The notes below the pieces were generated by a model, which saw nothing but the letters and a program-made list of their open reading frames with translations, was not told where the DNA came from and made no database searches. A program made the translations under genes and the position numbers. This document shows, piece after piece, positions 60,184 to 64,000 of a DNA stretch of 64,000 nucleotides. Positions within the stretch are counted from its first letter, which is position 1, and the number at the start of each line of letters is the position of its first letter. Source of the DNA: Candidatus Multivoradales bacterium (GTDB lineage: Bacteria; Acidobacteriota; Thermoanaerobaculia; Multivoradales; Multivoraceae); assembly GCA_965223325.1 (NCBI GenBank), contig CBDCWI010000002.1, forward strand, positions 2,816,001 to 2,880,000, read 5' to 3'.

Positions 60184-61857
60184 ATGGGTTCCAGAGGTAC
60201 CACCGTCGACCGTCGCCACCGAGTTGTCGAAGGCAGACCGCTGGCGGAGCGCGGCATGCGCAACGCCGCGCTCCTGCGCCAGAACGAGGAGGCTCTCGAG
60301 CGCCACGTCGAACGCGCCTCGGTCCCGGCGACGGCCTGGGAAACCCTGGCTGCAGACCGCATGGGCTTCGGCGCCGGCCCGCGCTTCGCCTCCAATTGGA
60401 GTGACATTCCCGGCAGCGGCGAAACCAAGTTCGACAACTACGTCGAGCAGCAGATCAACCCCAACGCGCCTCAGGGCGACGTCGCGCCACCGGTCGATGA
60501 CACAAGATTCGACCAGAAAGTCGCGGCGGCGGGTTTCACTACCGTCGATCGCAGCCACACCAACCTCTGGCAGTCCTACGCCATTGGCGGCCAGAACCGC
60601 AACACTCCGGTACAAGAGACGGAGTACCTGACCTGGATTCGCATGGTCCACAGCCACCGTCAACTCGAAGAGGTGATGGCGGACTTCTGGCACAACCACT
60701 TCAACTGCTACGGCTTCGATCACTGGGCACGACCGATGTGGCCGTCCTGGGACCGTACGTTGCGCCTGCACTCGATGCGCAACTTCCGCGACCTGCTCGC
60801 AGCGACGAGCAAGCACTCGGTGATGTTGTACTACCTGGATCAGTACACCTCGAGTGACGACGGGCCGAACGAGAACTACGCCCGCGAGCTCATCGAGCTA
60901 CACACCCTCGGAGCGGAGCACTACCTTGGGGTCATCGACCAGGGCGAAGTCCCGATCGGAGTCGCCGGACATCCCGTGGGGTACGTTGACAACGACGTCT
61001 TCGACATGGCTCTGGCGCTTACCGGTTGGACTGTCGACAGCGACACCGGCGCGTTCTACTTCCGCGAGGAGTGGAACGCCGGCCACGCCAACAAGACCGT
61101 CGTCGGGCTTTCGCTGCCTCGTTTCGGCGGCGTCGGCGCCGCCGAAATGGCGCTCGACCACCTCGCCTACCACCCGTCGACCGCGCGCCATATCGCGCGC
61201 AAGCTCTGCGTGCGGCTGATCAGCGACCACCCACCTTCGAGCATCGTCGACTCGGCAGCCGACGTGTTCTACAACCAGCGCTTCAGCGGTGGCCAGATCA
61301 GAAAGACCCTGCGCCACATTCTCAAGTCTCAGGAGTTCAAGTCCTCCTGGAACCAGAAGACCAAGCGCCCCCTCGAGATTGCGGCCGGTGCGCTGAGGAC
61401 CACCAATGCAGACTTCCCCTTCAGCATGGACTCGGGCGACAACGACGATCTCTCGAGCTTTCTGTGGCGCTATGACGGCACCGGCCAGCCGCTCTTCGGG
61501 AACCGCACACCCGACGGGTTCCCCGACGACCGCGAGACCTGGCAGAGCACCCTGCCGCGCATTCGCTGTTGGCGCATCGTCAACTGGTTGTCGAACCAGT
61601 TCGACGGCAACCAGGCCCGCATCGACCCAACCACCAGGCCGTTACCCAGCGCAACCAACGCAACAGAGATCGTCGAGTACTGGATCAATCGCATCCTGCA
61701 GCGAGACATTCCGAGCGAAGACAAGAACACGATCATCAACTTCCTCGGTGTCGGCAACCCGAACGCGCAAATCGACTTTGGCGACGAAGACGATCACGAC
61801 CGCGCTCGCGCAATGATCGCTCTCATCCTCAACTCGCCGTACTTCTTGGAGCGATGA
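60184..61857 (+). CDS. DUF1800 family protein
   Basis: QLEEVMADFWHNHF, MLYYLD, PNENYARELIELHTLG, ALTGW. Confidence 0.9.
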   Translation: MGSRGTTVDRRHRVVEGRPLAERGMRNAALLRQNEEALERHVERASVPATAWETLAADRMGFGAGPRFASNWSDIPGSGETKFDNYVEQQINPNAPQGDVAPPVDDTRFDQKVAAAGFTTVDRSHTNLWQSYAIGGQNRNTPVQETEYLTWIRMVHSHRQLEEVMADFWHNHFNCYGFDHWARPMWPSWDRTLRLHSMRNFRDLLAATSKHSVMLYYLDQYTSSDDGPNENYARELIELHTLGAEHYLGVIDQGEVPIGVAGHPVGYVDNDVFDMALALTGWTVDSDTGAFYFREEWNAGHANKTVVGLSLPRFGGVGAAEMALDHLAYHPSTARHIARKLCVRLISDHPPSSIVDSAADVFYNQRFSGGQIRKTLRHILKSQEFKSSWNQKTKRPLEIAAGALRTTNADFPFSMDSGDNDDLSSFLWRYDGTGQPLFGNRTPDGFPDDRETWQSTLPRIRCWRIVNWLSNQFDGNQARIDPTTRPLPSATNATEIVEYWINRILQRDIPSEDKNTIINFLGVGNPNAQIDFGDEDDHDRARAMIALILNSPYFLER

Positions 61858-61900
61858 CGGCTCGCCCTTTTCCTTTCAGTTTCCTCTTCAGGAGAGTCCG

Positions 61901-63313
61901 ATGACCCAACACAACAGACGGACCTTTCTCTGCGGTTGCTCTGCCGCTATCGCCGCGATGGCTGGCTCACGGATGGGCTCGATGGCCTTCGGAGCGCCCG
62001 GCACCAACAACAACGCACTGCTCGTCGTCTTCCTGCGCGGCGGAATGGACGGCGTAACGCTCGTTCCGCCCATCGCCGGCGGCGACCGCGGGCGCTACGA
62101 GTCGTTCAGACCCAACATCCAGGTACCCACCAACGGCGGCAACGCTGCGATCTCGATTGGCAGCGGTTTCGGTTTGCATCCCGCACTGCAACCACTCAAG
62201 GGTGCGTGGGATTCAAACGACATGGCGATCGTCCATGCCGCCGGTCTCACCGAAGACATGACGCGCAGCCATTTCGACGCCATGGAGTACATGGAACTCG
62301 GAACCCCTGGCAACAAGTCGACGGGGTCAGGGTGGCTCACCCGCCACATGGTGACCGCCACCAACCTTCCGCCGACCGCTATCCTGCCGGCTGTCGCCAT
62401 TGGAAGCACGCAGCCTACGTCGCTCCTCGCCTACCTGGGCGCCGTTAGCATGACCAGTGCGAGTTCCTTCGACATCGATGAAGGGCCCTGGCAGTACCGC
62501 GACCTGAGCCGTTCGTCGCTCAATCAGATCTATCGCCGCGTCAACAGTGCCATCCACCTGTCTGGTCAGCAGGCTCTCGACGCACTCGACATCGTCCAAG
62601 ACAACCTGAGCGGCGGCTACACGCCGGCCAACGGGTCCAGTTCGTACTACAACTCGGCCGGCGGCTTCGGTGAGAACATGCAGCTCATCGCCCGGCTGAT
62701 GAAGGAAAACCTCGGTCTCCAGGTGGCCACCGTCGACCTCGGCGGTTGGGACATGCACAACGGCCTGGGCGACAATGGTGGCGGCGGCTTTTCAAACCTC
62801 GCGGGAGTTCTGGCCAACGGCCTCGGCGGGCTCTACCGCGACCTCTCAGGATCCGGCAACCCGATCAACCGACTGACCGTCGTGGTGATGAGCGAATTCG
62901 GCCGCCGCCTGCGCCAGAACGGTGACCGCGGTGTCGATCATGGCTACGGCAACCGCATGTTGATCCTCGGCGGCCGTACTCAGGGTGGCGAGTTCTACGG
63001 TGCCTGGCCGGGTCTGCGGCAAGAAGAGCTCTTCCAGGGCGAAGACCTCGATGTCACCGTCGACGTGCGCCGGGTGCTGTCGGAGATCATGATGAAGCGG
63101 CTCGGCAACAACCGTATCGAGGCGATGTTCCCGGGCTACAGCGAGCGCTATATGAACGAAGGGCCTCTGGGCCTGGTCGAGAACGACTACCCCGGCCTGC
63201 CCGTCGATCAGTCTCCCTTCGAAGGGACCGGAGGCGGCGATCAGAGCTCGATCTTCAGCGACGACTTCGAACTCGCCAGCACCTTCCGCTGGGATTCGAA
63301 CGTCGGCGGCTAA
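61901..63313 (+). CDS. DUF1501 family protein with Tat signal
   Basis: RRTFL, FLRGGMDG, RSHFDA, GGWDMH, SEFGR, DHG. Confidence 0.9.
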   Translation: MTQHNRRTFLCGCSAAIAAMAGSRMGSMAFGAPGTNNNALLVVFLRGGMDGVTLVPPIAGGDRGRYESFRPNIQVPTNGGNAAISIGSGFGLHPALQPLKGAWDSNDMAIVHAAGLTEDMTRSHFDAMEYMELGTPGNKSTGSGWLTRHMVTATNLPPTAILPAVAIGSTQPTSLLAYLGAVSMTSASSFDIDEGPWQYRDLSRSSLNQIYRRVNSAIHLSGQQALDALDIVQDNLSGGYTPANGSSSYYNSAGGFGENMQLIARLMKENLGLQVATVDLGGWDMHNGLGDNGGGGFSNLAGVLANGLGGLYRDLSGSGNPINRLTVVVMSEFGRRLRQNGDRGVDHGYGNRMLILGGRTQGGEFYGAWPGLRQEELFQGEDLDVTVDVRRVLSEIMMKRLGNNRIEAMFPGYSERYMNEGPLGLVENDYPGLPVDQSPFEGTGGGDQSSIFSDDFELASTFRWDSNVGG

Positions 63314-63326
63314 GCCAAGGAGGGGC

Positions 63327-64000
<674 letters not shown>

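Overview
High-GC bacterial chromosomal window. The gene content (Kdo/LPS genes, Tat, two sigma-54 activators, tricorn protease, sulfatase-fold lipoproteins, DUF1800/DUF1501) fits a diderm such as an Acidobacteriota/Thermoanaerobaculia-like organism; this taxonomy is inference. The left half (1-32 kb, ending at tRNA-Phe) is accessory-like. It holds a GAF sigma-54 activator preceded by a triple palindrome, a -24/-12 promoter and a structured RNA candidate; pfk; an orphan O-antigen ligase; an unknown four-repeat protein with an Asp-rich tail; hydrolases; a ferredoxin-P450-VOC unit; four VapBC-type TA pairs; a nucleotidyltransferase pair; and two gene remnants. The right half is mostly housekeeping: purH, lolA, kdsB-pyrG-kdsA-kdsD-kdsC (with a MITE-like insert after pyrG), tatA/tatC, ctpA, tRNA-Val/Asp-rpmG, sodA, tRNA-Met-tilS-ftsH-cdaA-cdaR-glmM-pdxJ, an NtrC-like regulator, DUF1800/DUF1501 and the 3' end of ligA. 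Across the window many genes look leaderless, and two genes have short leaderless uORFs overlapping their start codons. No CRISPR array, integrase or transposase was seen. All calls are by eye, without database searches.
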